A stretch of 63,687 bases of DNA, the filler included, from Octopus bimaculoides (lineage: Eukaryota), in NCBI RefSeq assembly GCF_001194135.2. It is 5 parts of 5 records of this genome, joined end to end, with 100 filler letters (N's around TTAATTAATTAA, not from the genome) between each part and the next. Parts side by side here need not be neighbours in the genome. Positions count along the whole stretch, not along the records: positions 1 to 30,262 come from NC_068987.1; 4 more parts are not named here. One strand, written 5' to 3'. Both the position numbers and the translations under genes were made by a program. Position 1 is the first letter of the stretch, and every line of letters starts with the position of its first letter. Shown here piece by piece: positions 1 to 13,308 of the stretch. The notes below the pieces were generated by a model. That model made no database searches. It saw only the letters and a program-made list of their open reading frames with translations, and was not told the origin of the DNA.

Positions 1-37
1 CATATACTCATTTACTTTTGTTTATATATATATATAT

Positions 38-68
<31 letters not shown>

Positions 69-130
69 CATACATACATACATGCATGCATGCATACATA
101 CATACATACATACATACATACATACATACA

Positions 131-161
<31 letters not shown>

Positions 162-757
162 TTATTTATTATTTCGAATGGATATAAGTATCTATTTCGT
201 TATGGACAAGGCACAGAGATACAAATCAACTTTACTCAGAAACAACTGTACATTCACAAAGAGCTGTACACCTTTACATACATGTATACATAAAACGATG
301 TTTCTGAACACAGCCAGATAAACAAATATAAATTATGGTAGTTACATTTCAGTATCTGGTTACAGGAATTAGGATGCGATGAAAGAGATTCTCTTCTTGA
401 TTACAAATCCCTGTTTAGAATCGCATTTACTTTTAATACTAATACCTTTGAAAAATTATAAACAATATTAAGTTCCCGTTCCTCCACTTTCCAGATTGTG
501 TTTCTAAATGCCAAACACACACTGACTTACGATAGTCCTCAAGCCGTTGCATGTCTGTGCGTGTATGTGTGTATGCTTGTTTATGTGGGGGTAATTGAGC
601 ATGTGTCCGTAGGCTTTCGCCTTATAATCGTAAAACTCGCGCCTCGAAAAGGGAGGTAATTCTTATAATAAACCATATATTCTACGAAATACATTGTGTC
701 CTGTCTTCTTCGTTCGTTAGAAATATCGATATCTGAATAAATTTATGTGTATTTATA

Positions 758-1159
758 GGCGTAGGAGTGGCTATGTGGTAATTAGCTTGCTTACCAACCA
801 CATGGTTCCGGATTCAGTCCTACTGCGTGGCACCTTGGGCAAGTGTCTTCTACTATAGCCTCGGGCCGACCAAAGCCTTGTGAGTGGATTTGGTAGACGG
901 AAACTGAAAGAAGCCCGTCGTATATATGTATATATATGTATGTGTGGGTGTGTTTGTCCCCTCAACATCACTTGACAACCGACGCTGGTGTGTTTACGTC
1001 CCCATGATTTAGCGGTTCAGCGGCAACAGAGACCGATAGAATAAGTACTAGGCTCACAAAGAATAAGCTCTGGGGTCGATTTGCTCGACTAAAGGTGGTG
1101 CTCCAGCATAGCCACAGTCAAATGACTGAAACAAGTAAAAGAGTAAAAGAGTAAAGAGT
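758..1159 (+). mobile_element. tRNA-derived SINE, family A, full length
   Basis: Head GGCGTAGGAGTGGCTATGTGGTAATTAGC...GGTTCCGGATTCAGTCC has Pol III A/B-box-like motifs. Body GGCAAGTGTCTTCTACTATAGCC...GACGGAAACTGAAAG, internal (TA)n, 3' end GACTGAAACAAGTAAAAGAG. Many homologous copies in the window. Confidence 0.85.
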
Positions 1160-1204
1160 ATATGTACACACGTACACACGAAAATAAGCATACACACACA
1201 CACA

Positions 1205-1285
<81 letters not shown>

Positions 1286-2451
1286 GTGTCTGTATTTCTG
1301 TGTGCACTCACACATATATACTACCCAAATCATCCTAGCTATTTCAGCTGGTACTTAATTTAAATAGTGATTGTCGTATGTTTTCATATTCGCAGAAGAA
1401 TGTGGGGATCTAATTCTCTGAACAGAAGTCAATCATCCGTGAAACATGTAGAGGTAATCTCCTTTATTTTTCTGTATGCGGAGCGAGTAACAAAATATAG
1501 TTTCATCTTCCAAAGCAAAGCATTAAAAACATCTAATTACATTATTTTTATCTTGGAATTTCTAATATATGCTGCTATATGCAAATTATTGTCGCCATTA
1601 CGGATAGGTTCGGTCGTGTATTTGATTTAAATAATGATTGCTATCAGCTCTCTGCATAGGCTGAAGATTGAGTCGCACTTATCTTCTGGTGAATGATTAA
1701 TCCACGAAACCTGTCAGCGTTATTTCCTTTATTTTACTGTGTGCAATTAGAATAACATGACGTATTTACATCTTTATTTTACACAGCTTGGGTGATAAAT
1801 GTGATGTAACTACATTTAGTTTATCTGAGATTTTCTAATACACGATCTTCCTACCTAAAACATTGTATAATGTTCCCTACGTTGTTATATATATATATGC
1901 AAGTATGTATGAGTTTTAATGGTTTCCAAAGCTATGTAGCTTTACTTTTGTGTGAGGTAAATTGAAAATGCGTGAAAATGGTGACAAATCTGATCCTCAT
2001 TTGAACTCCTATAACCCATAAGACATTATATTATACGGACCAACTAGGGAGCATCTACGTTGTCACACGATCTGCTATGAATAGCAGTGTCAAATCTGTC
2101 TCAAGTCACCCGCTACCTCCCTTTAAGAAATATACATAAAGATATATAGTTTTAGACACCTTTTCAAATTGAAGATGATTTCAGCTACCAAACCTTTGGT
2201 TATTGGTTTTTTCAATCAAAATTGACCTGGTACATATATATTATGAGGTGTATTATGAGATTTCGCTTCGTCGGCAAATATGCAGCTTCTTGTACAAAGC
2301 AACTGATTGTTGCAGTGGGATGTTGCGACCATCGTTCCTTTCCAAAGCGTATTAACTATGTGAAATGCGAAATGAAATGATTTCCACTTAGGTCAGAAAT
2401 TATATTGGCATATAGAGTCGAATTGGCAGCGGTTTATCTTTTACGCTAATC

Positions 2452-3054
2452 GGATCTTTTTTAAAACGGGGGCCACATTTTTCATTAACGAAACACTTTG
2501 AAACTTGGAACACTGGTAGAATGTGTCATATAAAACATCTTTTTCTCTTAGTCTTCTTAAAAAAAAAAAGAAATCCATAAATTATTCCATGTTAAAGTTG
2601 TCGTATTTCTGTAATTTCAACCAATCACTGACGTCCATTCAGCCGATATACATTAAGCGCCGACTACATAAACAAACGATTCTGAAACAATTAACCCTAA
2701 CCCTAACCCTAACTCTAACCCTAACCCTAACCCTAGGGTTAGGGTTAGGGTTAGGGTTAGAGTTAGGGTCAGGGTTAGGGTTAAAGCAAATTTAAAATGA
2801 AAAAAGCAAATAAAACGAAGAATCGTTTGTTTATGTAGTCGGCACTTAATGTATATCGGCTGAATGGACGTCAGTGATTGGTTGAAATTATCGAAATAAG
2901 ACAATTTTTTACATGAAATAAATTCGAATACAAAAATATTTTTCTGTTCTATAACACAAAATAGATAAGTATACGAAGTTTGAAAGTCTTTCGGTACCAA
3001 AAACACTACGTAAAACATTAATGAAAAATGTGGCCCCCGTTTTAAAAAAGATTC
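2452..3054. mobile_element. Non-autonomous foldback DNA transposon (MITE) with 8-bp TSD, probably hAT superfamily, with central telomere-type repeat palindrome
   Basis: Termini GGATCTTTTTTTAAAACGGGGGCCACATTTTTCATTAA and TTAATGAAAAATGTGGCCCCCGTTTTAAAAAAGATTC are inverted repeats. CGCTAATC is duplicated at 2444-2451 and 3055-3062. Additional internal inverted arms (about 2605-2685 and 2820-2900). Second copy at 56598-56882. Confidence 0.8.
2691..2783. repeat. (CCCTAA)n-(TTAGGG)n inverted telomere-type repeat, axis at CCCTAGGG 2731-2738
   Basis: Read directly: about 7 CCCTAA units (one CTCTAA variant), then about 8 TTAGGG units (TTAGAG and TCAGGG variants). Confidence 0.95.
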
Positions 3055-4111
3055 CGCTAATCAAATAATTTCGGAAGATATTTGGTTTGGTCGAAATGAC
3101 AGAAAGTAAATAACTGATCTTAAGCTGTTTAAACAGTAATAAATCCATTCGAACGAAACTAGCTCATGTTCGGGTATTTTCTTTTTATTTTTACTTTTTT
3201 TTTTTTCTGATAGGACTTTTGTTGTCATAATATCATAGGAATTCTACCAGTTAGTGAAATGTTGAAGAAAAGCCATGATAAACACTGTGGTTTTATATTT
3301 TACTTTCCGTCTTTATTTTTACCAACAGATATATTCTGACAGATGCAGCGTGGTTTCCAAGATGTAAATATATCAAGTTTTAATTGACTCAAGAGAGATG
3401 GAGTGAACGAAAGGGAAAGGGAGAGGATAGATTAGGAGAGAGAGAGAGCGAAAGAGAGAGAGAAAGAAAGAAAGACTGAGAGTGGAAATGTTCATATTTC
3501 GACTTGAATTCTTAAAAGCATCTTCATAGTGCCTGACATACAACGTTGGCATCAAGAGCTAAAAGAAAGAGAGACTGTTTGGCCTCGTGCCGCAGTTCAT
3601 TAATTGATAAACAAACCAAATTAAGAACAAAAGACTGCTGCTCAACAATTGAATTAGACTAAAATTTCGTTTTCGGAAAACAAAAAAAAATCAACTATCA
3701 TTTTAAGCAACGATCTTGTTAAAACAGTTTAGAAAAGCAGCAAATAAACTACGACATATTTAGTAATAATGACTCTCGTGAATAAGGGAAAATGCCAAGT
3801 GATAATATGGTGTTTCTGAAATGTTGCCAAATTTTCCTTCTCGGATATATGCAGGTCTTCCCCTAATCCTTGGCTGGTTTTGGAATGAAATTCCACATTT
3901 AGGTTTACTTTTTTACACTTGAAGCTAAATGCTATACCTAACCACATTAGCCAATTTCCTCTGACAAACACGACTATTTCAGTGTGTATGTGCGTTTATG
4001 TGTTTATGTGTGCGTTGTATGTTTGTAGAAAATTTATATATGAATACATCCAGATTAGTGCAGACGTGTGCGCTGACTTTTATGCATGTATGCATGTATG
4101 TATGTATGTAT

Positions 4112-4162
<51 letters not shown>

Positions 4163-4911
4163 ACGTATGTATGTCTATCCTTTTAAACTCTCGCTGTCAC
4201 TTCTAATCACACACACTCCTACACATTTGATGCTAATCTACATTCCGCACTCCATGGCCGTTTACAGACCCCCATTCTCATTTCCAACTAACACTTCCTG
4301 CTAAGTATGCATGTCATTCATGAAAATAGACGTGAAAAAACACCCTTGCAAAAGGATTTCAACAACCTAATTTCATTAAATAGCACAATAATAACTTTAC
4401 ACCTCATGAGAAGAGATCCACAACGGTACAGTTTTACTGTTCACAAGTAACACATCATTAAAACCAACGCTTTTTCAGATAACATAACCAACCAAACAGT
4501 TGTCAAATAATGTTTCAAACAGCCAATATTCCTACATATAGTTTGAATTTTTTTTTTAAACTAGATAATATCCGAAAGACTGGGAATTTTACTTAAAATA
4601 CAAATAAACATGATGGATTACAAAAGAAAAAAAAATACACCCGTCAAACTTTTCAATGTCAAATAGTAGTTCGAGTTAAGAGTTTAATTATGCATGCGTA
4701 AATACTAACTGCTCACGTATCACTAACGGTGAACTCATGACGCTATGTTGTGAACCGCTTAAAAAGGCAACGCTTAAAAGACAACACTTAATAAATTAAT
4801 CAAACGTTTCCCTCAGCTCGTTTACTGAGACGTTATGTCTTTGCTTTCACTCTTTTACCAGTATTGCAGTGGTTTTTATTATGTAAAGTCACTCACTGTA
4901 TGCCATAGATA

Positions 4912-5309
4912 CTCTTTTACACTTTTACTTGTTTCAGTCATTTGACTGTGGCCATGCTGGAGCACTGCTTTTAGTCGAGCAAATCGACCCCCAGGACTTA
5001 TTCTTTGTAAGCCTAGTACTTATTTTATCGGTCTCTTTTTGCCGAACCGCTAAGTTACGGGGACGTAAACACACCAGCATCGGTTGTCAAGCGATGTTGG
5101 GGGAACAAACACAGACACACAAACATATATATATATATACATATACATATATACGACGGGCTTCTTTCAGTTTCCGCCTACCAAATCCACTCACAAGGCT
5201 TTGGTCGGCCCGAGGCTATAGCAGAAGACACTTGCCCAAGGTGCCATGCAATGGGACTGAACCCGGAACCATGTGATTTGTAAACAAGCTACTTACCACA
5301 CAACCACCT
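4912..5309 (-). mobile_element. SINE family A, full length
   Basis: Reverse complement of 758-1159 over head, body and tail. Confidence 0.85.
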
Positions 5310-5798
5310 AAACTTTTAATTCTAATCACCTCTACAAGACCAGTTATATTTACAATAACTCACCCTTCGATCCCTTTCTAAACATTGTCCCCCATTCCTT
5401 GTTCTTCAAATACGATCCGTGAATAAAAGAAGACTCCGACCATCGTTTCTCTTTCAGACTTCCAACCTTAAGGTCGCCATTTTTTTACTATCTCTCTCAG
5501 CCTACGACGGTCACCAGTAATTAACTAGTTCTCGACCAAACTGCAACTCTATCCCATTACATTCAGACTCTCGACCCCCTTCGCCATTGCCGTTAACCTT
5601 TCTATTTCTAATGTTATTTCTTAAATGCAATTAAATGCTATATTTAACCACTTTCGGCAGAATCTTATATTACCTTTTAGCTGAGCCAATTATACTCGGC
5701 TTATCACCTGTACTTCTTAATTTTCGATTCTTCACAGACACAAGCACTTATATGTGTATATATATATATATATATATNNNNNNNNNNNNNNNNNNNNN

Positions 5799-5870
<72 letters not shown>

Positions 5871-6160
5871 GTACAGACACATGTATGTGTGTGCGTTGTT
5901 AGTATAGAAAAGCAAAATTTAACCTTCATCGTTTTCTGAAGGACATCTTTGTCAAAACCACGGTACGAATGTGATATGGTCAATTTCTCAAAATTACATA
6001 TGCTTCATGACGGTAGAAATCGAAAGCTCTTCTCTCAAAACTTTACACTTTACACCTTTTAATAAGGTGTTTTCTTCTAGACAGCACGAGGCAATAAAAC
6101 TAATACTAAATAATACTCTCCCAAATATTTCAATTAAATCAATTATTATAAACTGACTTA

Positions 6161-6500
6161 CCGTATTTGATGGCCTATAAGACGCACCTTTTTTTTAAAT
6201 CCAAAATGTCTTTAAAAAAAACCCGGTGTCCAATGCACTCAATGTAGGCTCAAATCTCACTCAAAATGGTATGTACATTTACAAAACGTGTGCTGCCATC
6301 TATTGGGGAACAATCACCTACGGTATTTTTAAATCGAATGTGGATGCAATAAATTGCTTATAATTACCGGTAATAACAAAGTTATACAGGTAAGTGGAGG
6401 AATTAAAGCATTATTTTAGTGGTAATTTATTTTGCAAAAGTATAGCCTAGGCTAGGGTGCACCCTATGCATTCGTGCGTCTTATAGGCCATCAAATACGG
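6161..6500. mobile_element. MITE, Tc1/mariner-pogo superfamily (TA TSD)
   Basis: Perfect 27-bp TIRs: CCGTATTTGATGGCCTATAAGACGCAC (6161-6187) and its reverse complement (6474-6500). TA at 6159-6160 and 6501-6502. Confidence 0.85.
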
Positions 6501-6780
6501 TAAATCAGCTTTCGAACACCTAAAGAGTATCAAAACAGCTCTTTTTTCTCTTCGAACTATTGAATCCGAACAAAATGAAGGTTTGTATTTCATGAGTTAT
6601 CAATTTAAATGGCTATTATCTTTTATTTGAAAGGGTCTGGTCGAACAAATCGACTCCAGAACTTATTTTTAAATCGCTACTTATTTTATTATTTCCTTTG
6701 ACGAAGCGCTAGGTTATGAAGAAGTAAGCAAACCAACACTGATTTGGTGGGTGACAAACCCAAGCACAATGACATACACA

Positions 6781-6808
6781 GAGATAGATAAATAGATAGA
6801 TAGATAAC

Positions 6809-6859
<51 letters not shown>

Positions 6860-6860
6860 C

Positions 6861-6936
<76 letters not shown>

Positions 6937-6946
6937 TAGATAGATA
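6781..6946. repeat. (GATA)n tetranucleotide microsatellite
   Basis: Direct. Representative of many GATA, CATA, TA, CA, AAT, GAT and GAAA tracts in the window. Confidence 0.95.
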
Positions 6947-7439
6947 AGGTAAATCCTGGCGAATTTGAGTTAGAAATTCATAACTAATCTACGAGTCATT
7001 TCTGCTCGTTGAGGACTCATCTATGGAGAGGTGCATCACAATAACCAAAATAATGGTTTATAATTTAGGCACATCATCGATTTCAAAACTTCACTGCTAC
7101 TTATTTCATCGACTCTGAAAAATTAAAATATTGTGTATAACCTGACCAACTCAACGCGTAAAGAGATGCAGCTAGACACTACAAGTTGTTATGTGTTACG
7201 ACCTATCTTCTGAAATTCTTGAGTAACAACAATAATACAATAAGGAATGGGTTTATTATATTCTGGACGAGAGGCGAGAAAGGATATAAATTGTAGAGTA
7301 AAAAAGACATAGCCGTTACTCGGTAGAGTAACGGTTATGTGTACCATGATTTCAGTAAATGTTTAGATTCCTATTTAGTCATGAAAAGATTTATATACCA
7401 CCATACCCTTTCACTTTGGGTTCATCAATGTGTGGAAGC

Positions 7440-7610
7440 TGGAGGGAGAGAAAGCTGCTCCAGTAACTGACTTGACTTCATTCCCAACTGAATAGATTGA
7501 AATAATGCAAAATGAAATTCCCTAGCTCAATGATACAACGCGCCAGCCGATCCAGGAATCAAACACGCGTTCTTATAATTGCGAGTCCAACACATTAACC
7601 ACAAGGCAAC
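7440..7610 (-). mobile_element. SINE family C, degenerate head fragment
   Basis: GGAATCAAACACGCGTTCTTATAATTGCGAGTCCAACACATTAACCAC resembles the reverse complement of the head at 28165 and 47097. Confidence 0.5.
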
Positions 7611-9332
7611 CTGTTTTGCTGCTATCCCCCAACTTTTTCTATATATATAGTAATATTTAGTACAAATTTAAACCTACGCTGTTAACCATATCTATATAAA
7701 AGTCTTTGATCTTTTAAGTTTCATTGATTCTTGACTTCAAACATCTCTTTGAGATTTTTCAGCTTTTTTAAACAATGAACTATGATCTGCAGAATTCAAA
7801 AGATATCTTTTGTCTATATTTGTAACAATCTTTACGATTCGTATATATTATAATTAGATCTACAATTTCGAATATAAAAGATGAAAATTATATAACAGAT
7901 ATTCCATGCAAATTTTGTCGCACGAAATAATAGCTTGAATTAGCTTTTTTCAAACAGTTTTGTATTTTGTAAAATCTTTGGTGACAGATACAAAATATCA
8001 AATTTACAAGACTAAAATTGCCATAGATGTAAAACATACTCCGGGTCGTTCTTCTGGTGGTATAATGTTAAAGAGAAACAGTAATCGTTTCAAATTTTCA
8101 TAGTTATTGAAATGTAATGTGGCATTTTGCCACCGCTAATGTTCTTACTATAATCTTGGTAATCCATCTAAAGCAGAATGAGCAAGACTAAGAAGAATTG
8201 AAACATTATCCACTTTTAAATTCGAAGCGGAATGTATCCCGCTAATATATATTAGTGGCAACAAAACAGATAGAAGTGATTAATGCACAACCACTTTAGA
8301 AAGATATGCAATTTCAGAATGCTCTTTATGACAGGAACTTGTATGTTGTAACCACAAATGAAGTAGCGGTTGTGATTACATAATAAAGGTTGCGCTAGAA
8401 GTGTAACCTAATACTTAACTCTAGACTGGGTTTGTTCCACTAAATCGACACAGCCTGAAGATGTTCGCTATGTGCAACTATCTGTCGTAGAACTAATTAA
8501 TTTATGCCAATGCAATTTATGTAAGATGTATTGTATAATATTCTGATGCAACTTTCTAACAACGTTAAAACATCAGATGATCACAATACTTAACATGATA
8601 GCCTTCATGTCATAGGATAAAAATTATATATGTACACAATGGCTCTCTCGTCACTACTTCGGCAGGTACGGTGAAATATATGCTTCGCTGTGGGAGTCAA
8701 ATGATAGCAAAACATATCTGTAGTTTTCTTCCGTACATGCGAAAAAGGATTAAAGTAATGATTAATAATTAATAGCGGCAGAAATATTATTAGTGCCAAA
8801 AGGTAATCTTGATCTCCAACTTAACGTGATGGTTGTGTTAGAACAGAGAATACTGCATTATTTATTTTGAGAGAAACTCTCATAAGTACATGTAGTGCAT
8901 GCAATAATACTAACAAGTGAGTTGATCTTGTATTTCCTCGCCACAGAAGTACTTTTAGAGTTTTGATCTTCATTTATATTAAACTTGATAACACTAATTT
9001 AATTATTGGTAGATAGAGTTTCTGAATAATTGAGCACAGTGGTCTATTTTTATTTTTAATACGTTATTTATAAATCGGTCTACATCAAAGAAATCGTGTA
9101 AGACTAGATAATAATTAAATACAGATTTCACAGATTTTTTTAACGTGAAAAAATTCTTTGTTGGCGTAAAAGTACATAGCTGATTGGATTGACCTACTAT
9201 ACTAGTTTATCAACCTAGGAGAGTGAGGAGTCAAATTAAATACACAGAACGGCTACTGTATCGGTTGCACTAAATCCCCCGCCTTTATCGGTGTGAATGT
9301 AATATTTCAAGTCAAAATTAGACACATAAGAA

Positions 9333-9725
9333 CAGGTGTGACTGTGTAGTAAGAAGTTTTCTTCCTAACCACATGGTTTTGGTTTCAATCCCACTGCGTG
9401 GCACCTTCGCCATGTATCTTTCGCCATGATCTCGGACCCACCGAAGCCTTATTGGTGGATATGATAGACGGAAACTGTAAGAGGCCTTCGTATATATACA
9501 TGTGTGTGTGAGTTTGTGTCTGTGTTTGTCTCCTGCCACCGCTTGACAACTGGTGTTTGTGTGTTTATGTCCTTGTAACATAGTAGTTCGGCAAAACAGA
9601 CGGATAAATAAGTACCAGGCTTTAAAAAAATTAAGTACTTGGTCTATTCATTCGACTAAAAGTTCTTCAATGCGATGCCCCAGCAGGGCCCCAATCTAAT
9701 GACTGGAAAAAAATAAAATATAAAA
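9333..9725 (+). mobile_element. SINE family A, diverged full length
   Basis: Same head, body and tail blocks as 758-1159. Confidence 0.8.
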
Positions 9726-10519
9726 GATAAAATATAAATTATTAAGCTATTCTAAAGCAGAGCTAAAGCACAGTCTCTAAAATGTAGCTCAGCTACTGCT
9801 TCTACACATATTATAAATATATTCTATGCTACAACCAGCTAGAAATAGCAACTAAATATCCCCCAAATAACGTCTATGCGCAGTTTGATGATATGGTTCC
9901 AAATGGATAATACTTAAAAATAACATATGATGGCAACCACAACAATCCACTCTGTAGTAGTGCAAAATTTTAGTTTGCAGATTTAATAGCTACAACTACT
10001 ACTGCTGCTGCTGTTGCTGTCTTAAATTTTCTTAATCTGATGAAATTTATTAAGAATCTAAACCGAATCATAGATTCATTTTACAGAAATCCCATTTCTG
10101 CAATTCACCGGTTAAAACTTGGATTCCTAAAAAAGATATACATTTACATTGTCCAAAAAATATTGCTTAGTGCATCAATAATTGTTTTGCTACAAGCAAA
10201 GTGCTATTTATGCAAATCGGATTTTCCGTTTTAGAGATTGGCCTTTAATACAAGTATCCAATTTCTCTAAGATTGGAACTAATCAAACCTTTTTTTCACT
10301 CCCTTTCTGCTCATAAAAGTTTGTTTACACATTCGTTTACGTTTATCTAGTGACTACACAAACAGCACCAGCTAAAATTTGTACTACAGTTTCTCCCTAC
10401 CACTGCCAAGCTTCTCTCACACCTCACAAAGTATCGATCATCCTGAGACCATGTTGGAACATGCAGTGAAGTACGATCAAACTTAGAATCAGATTTACTG
10501 TTGCACCCTGTGTTCATTT

Positions 10520-10885
10520 ATTTTTCTAAGTTTAAAGTTTATCTTATGGATTCTTTACTTACTTCTAATAACAAGCCGCCTTATAAAGTGTTTTATCGAA
10601 GCCAAATGTTTTGCAACAACTATTTTTATTTTAATATCTTTTGTCAAAAATCGGTTGTGTGTGGAGCAAAATTTTACGTCCTATTATTTTCTGAGTTCAC
10701 ATTCCAACAAAGTCGACTATATCTTATGGTTTCTTTACTCACTTCTAATAGAAAGTCACCCTATTAAATATTTTATCGAAACGAAATATTTTATGACAAC
10801 TTCAAAAATCGGTAGAGTGAGGAGCAAAATTTTATGTCCCATTATTCTGTGTTCAAATTCCACCGACGTCGACTATATCTTTTAT
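10520..10885 (+). repeat. Degenerate tandem duplication, about 175-bp unit, two copies
   Basis: Blocks TATCTTATGG.TTCTTTACT.ACTTCTAATA, TTTTATCGAA, AAAAATCGGT, GGAGCAAAATTTTA and TTCTG.GTTCA.ATTCCA...GTCGACTATATCTT each occur twice in the same order. Confidence 0.7.
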
Positions 10886-13083
10886 CTCTCAGTCAAGTAT
10901 TGACAAGAATTAATTAGATTTTAAATTGTCATTCATAACCCCTCAAAAAATGTAGGCTTGTATCTTTGTCAGACATCAGTGTGGAATTTAGCAGTAGGTC
11001 TCAAAAACACGGTTGCTCTTCCGCTAAAAGAAGTTTAAAGAGTAAGAACACCCTTCATTGTTCTTAAACAATCTCTCGAATGGGAGAGGGTACAGCAGTG
11101 GATAAGATTTATGCTGTTACGGTTGAATTCAACAATATAGATTAATATAATGGGAGCATGGAAAACGCTTGGCATGAAGAAATAATATAGAGTATAGTTC
11201 TTCAAAATAAAAGACTGATAGTGTGTAATGGTTGGTGCGCTGTTGAAAGATGATGAGAGGGTGAGAAAAAAAGAGAAAAGTAGAAAGAGAGACACAAACA
11301 GACAGAATAAAGGCGATAAAGAGGGTATTGTTGACTGAGAGATAGTGAGGATGCAACTTAACAAAACATGCAAGCGAAAACCAAAACCTGCCAGCAGGTT
11401 CAAAGAATTTATGCTGAATCCATATAAATGATAAGATAGCAACTGGTGTATTGCGACTAGTCTATTATTATCTATCATCCTTATAAAACTCTTCTTCCTC
11501 TCTCAGTGGTAGACCTAAATGACTATAATTAATGTTCTGGCTTTCTGTATTTCTGAAAATAGCTCATCCTCAAAATTCATAGAATGTTAATATATTTTTA
11601 TTCAGATGTTACGTGACAATTTCTGCTATTTTGAATGAAAGTTTCCACTACAAGATAATAACGTGAAGTCTATGCGTCGCTGATGAGGTCAAATTAAGAA
11701 CAAACGTGTTTGTAGTTGTTTCCCATTCTTGAAGAAATACATAAAAATGGTGTTAGCAATTGGCTAAAGTTGGGTTGTTTTCGTAACTACGTAATTATTT
11801 CTAGTTTGTTTTGTTTTTTAATGTCTTCTATAGTAAACATAATTTGCTCACTTAATTATTTCATGCGATTAGGCTTCTCTAAATTAAATGACTATGATTA
11901 TGTTCCCACCTTCCCTATTTATGAAATAACTCCTTCTCTAAATTGAGACAGTTTTTATTATAACTGAGTAGGAAATTAAATAAATATAACTTATTTCCAC
12001 AAATATTTCTATAGTATGAATGGCTCTTTCTATAAAATCTAAAATGTGTGTTTTCTTTCTAAACTGGTTTCATCTAGAGTCATAACAAGAGCGGGGCGAG
12101 AGCGAAGGAGTCACTATGATCACAGATGTAAAAGAGCGCAAGATAAATCTCTTCTGCCTGTTTATTAATACAACTTTTATAGCTTAAGTAAACGCGAACT
12201 GTCTTACGTTATTTCTATGGAAACAGTTCACCATAATTTCGGTCGATTTGCTTTAAATATATCTGTCGAAGAGCTTTTAAAATTCACTGACAATTGCCGA
12301 GGGATAATGAGTATTTGAAATTATTGTCCATTAATTTGCTTTACTATCATTAATCTTTATTAACTTACATGCGTTTGTTTAATTACATCTTAATATCTTA
12401 CATGAGAGTGTTAATTTAGTAGATTGGTAATGCATAGTTAATTATTTTGGACAGATTACAATTGAGAAAGACTGCATGAGTTAAAGTAGTGGGCTGTCAA
12501 AAATATCAACTGACTGCAATGCAAAAGAAGAAAATGCGCATTGCTCGGCTACAATACAAAAAAAAAGCAATGACGTATTGTGACGTCATTTTACAAAAAA
12601 TTAATATGGCTGACAGCATATTCTTTTAATATTCATTTTATTATTTATAATCAAAATTAATTATACTAATTTTTAAAAAAAGAGTTTATGCAAGAATGTC
12701 AGATATTAATAGACTAGTTACAATACACCAGTTCCTGTCTTATCATCATGTATATGAATTCAGCATAAATTCTTTGAGCCTGCTAACAGATTTTGGTTTT
12801 CTCATGCATATTCTATAAGATTGCATCCTAACTCTCTCTAAATATGTGACAACTCTAAAACCATACCATTTATTTAGAACAATTATCAACCCTTTTACTG
12901 TGGAAACCAGGTATATCCACTTAAAATTCCATTACACTTAACTACAGAAAGCAGTTTATAGAACAATCTATCTTTTGTTGAGGAATGTTATGTTTGAGAC
13001 TATTTTTTGTTGAGATACGTCAAGATTATGGAGGCAACGTTGCTTGCAGAAAACAAAAAAGCAATTAGACAATTCTAATTATC

Positions 13084-13308
13084 AAGGTAGTGAATTGGCA
13101 GAATCGTTAACACACTGGGCGAAATGCCTAGCGGTATTTCGTCTGTCTTTACGTTCTGAGTTCAAATTCCGCCGAGGTTGACTTTGCCTTTTATCCTTTC
13201 GGGGTCGAAAAATTAAGTACCAGTTGTGTACTGGAATCGATCTAATCGACTAGTCCCCTCTCCCAAGATTTCAGGCCTTGTGTCTATCGTGGAAAGGATT
13301 ATTATTGT
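13084..13308 (+). mobile_element. tRNA-derived SINE family B with (ATT)n tail
   Basis: GGCAGAATCGTTAACACACTGGGCGAAATGCCTAGCGGTATTTCG...TTCTGAGTTCAAATTCCGCCGAGG...GGCCTTGTG...AAAGGATTATTATT. More than 15 homologous pieces in the window. Confidence 0.85.

Noticed and set aside
758-840. tRNA genes at SINE heads (also 28165, 47097, 59073)
   Set aside because: A/B boxes are present, but acceptor stems do not close and each head runs into a repeat body.
2691-2783. Ancient telomere-telomere fusion site
   Set aside because: A fusion gives (TTAGGG)n(CCCTAA)n. Here the order is reversed, and the tract lies inside a TIR/TSD-bounded element with a second copy in the window.
11680-11712. CTGATGAG hammerhead core
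   Set aside because: No pairing stem II and no correctly placed GAAA. Similar near-misses at about 50160 and 56356 also lack an intact GAAA.
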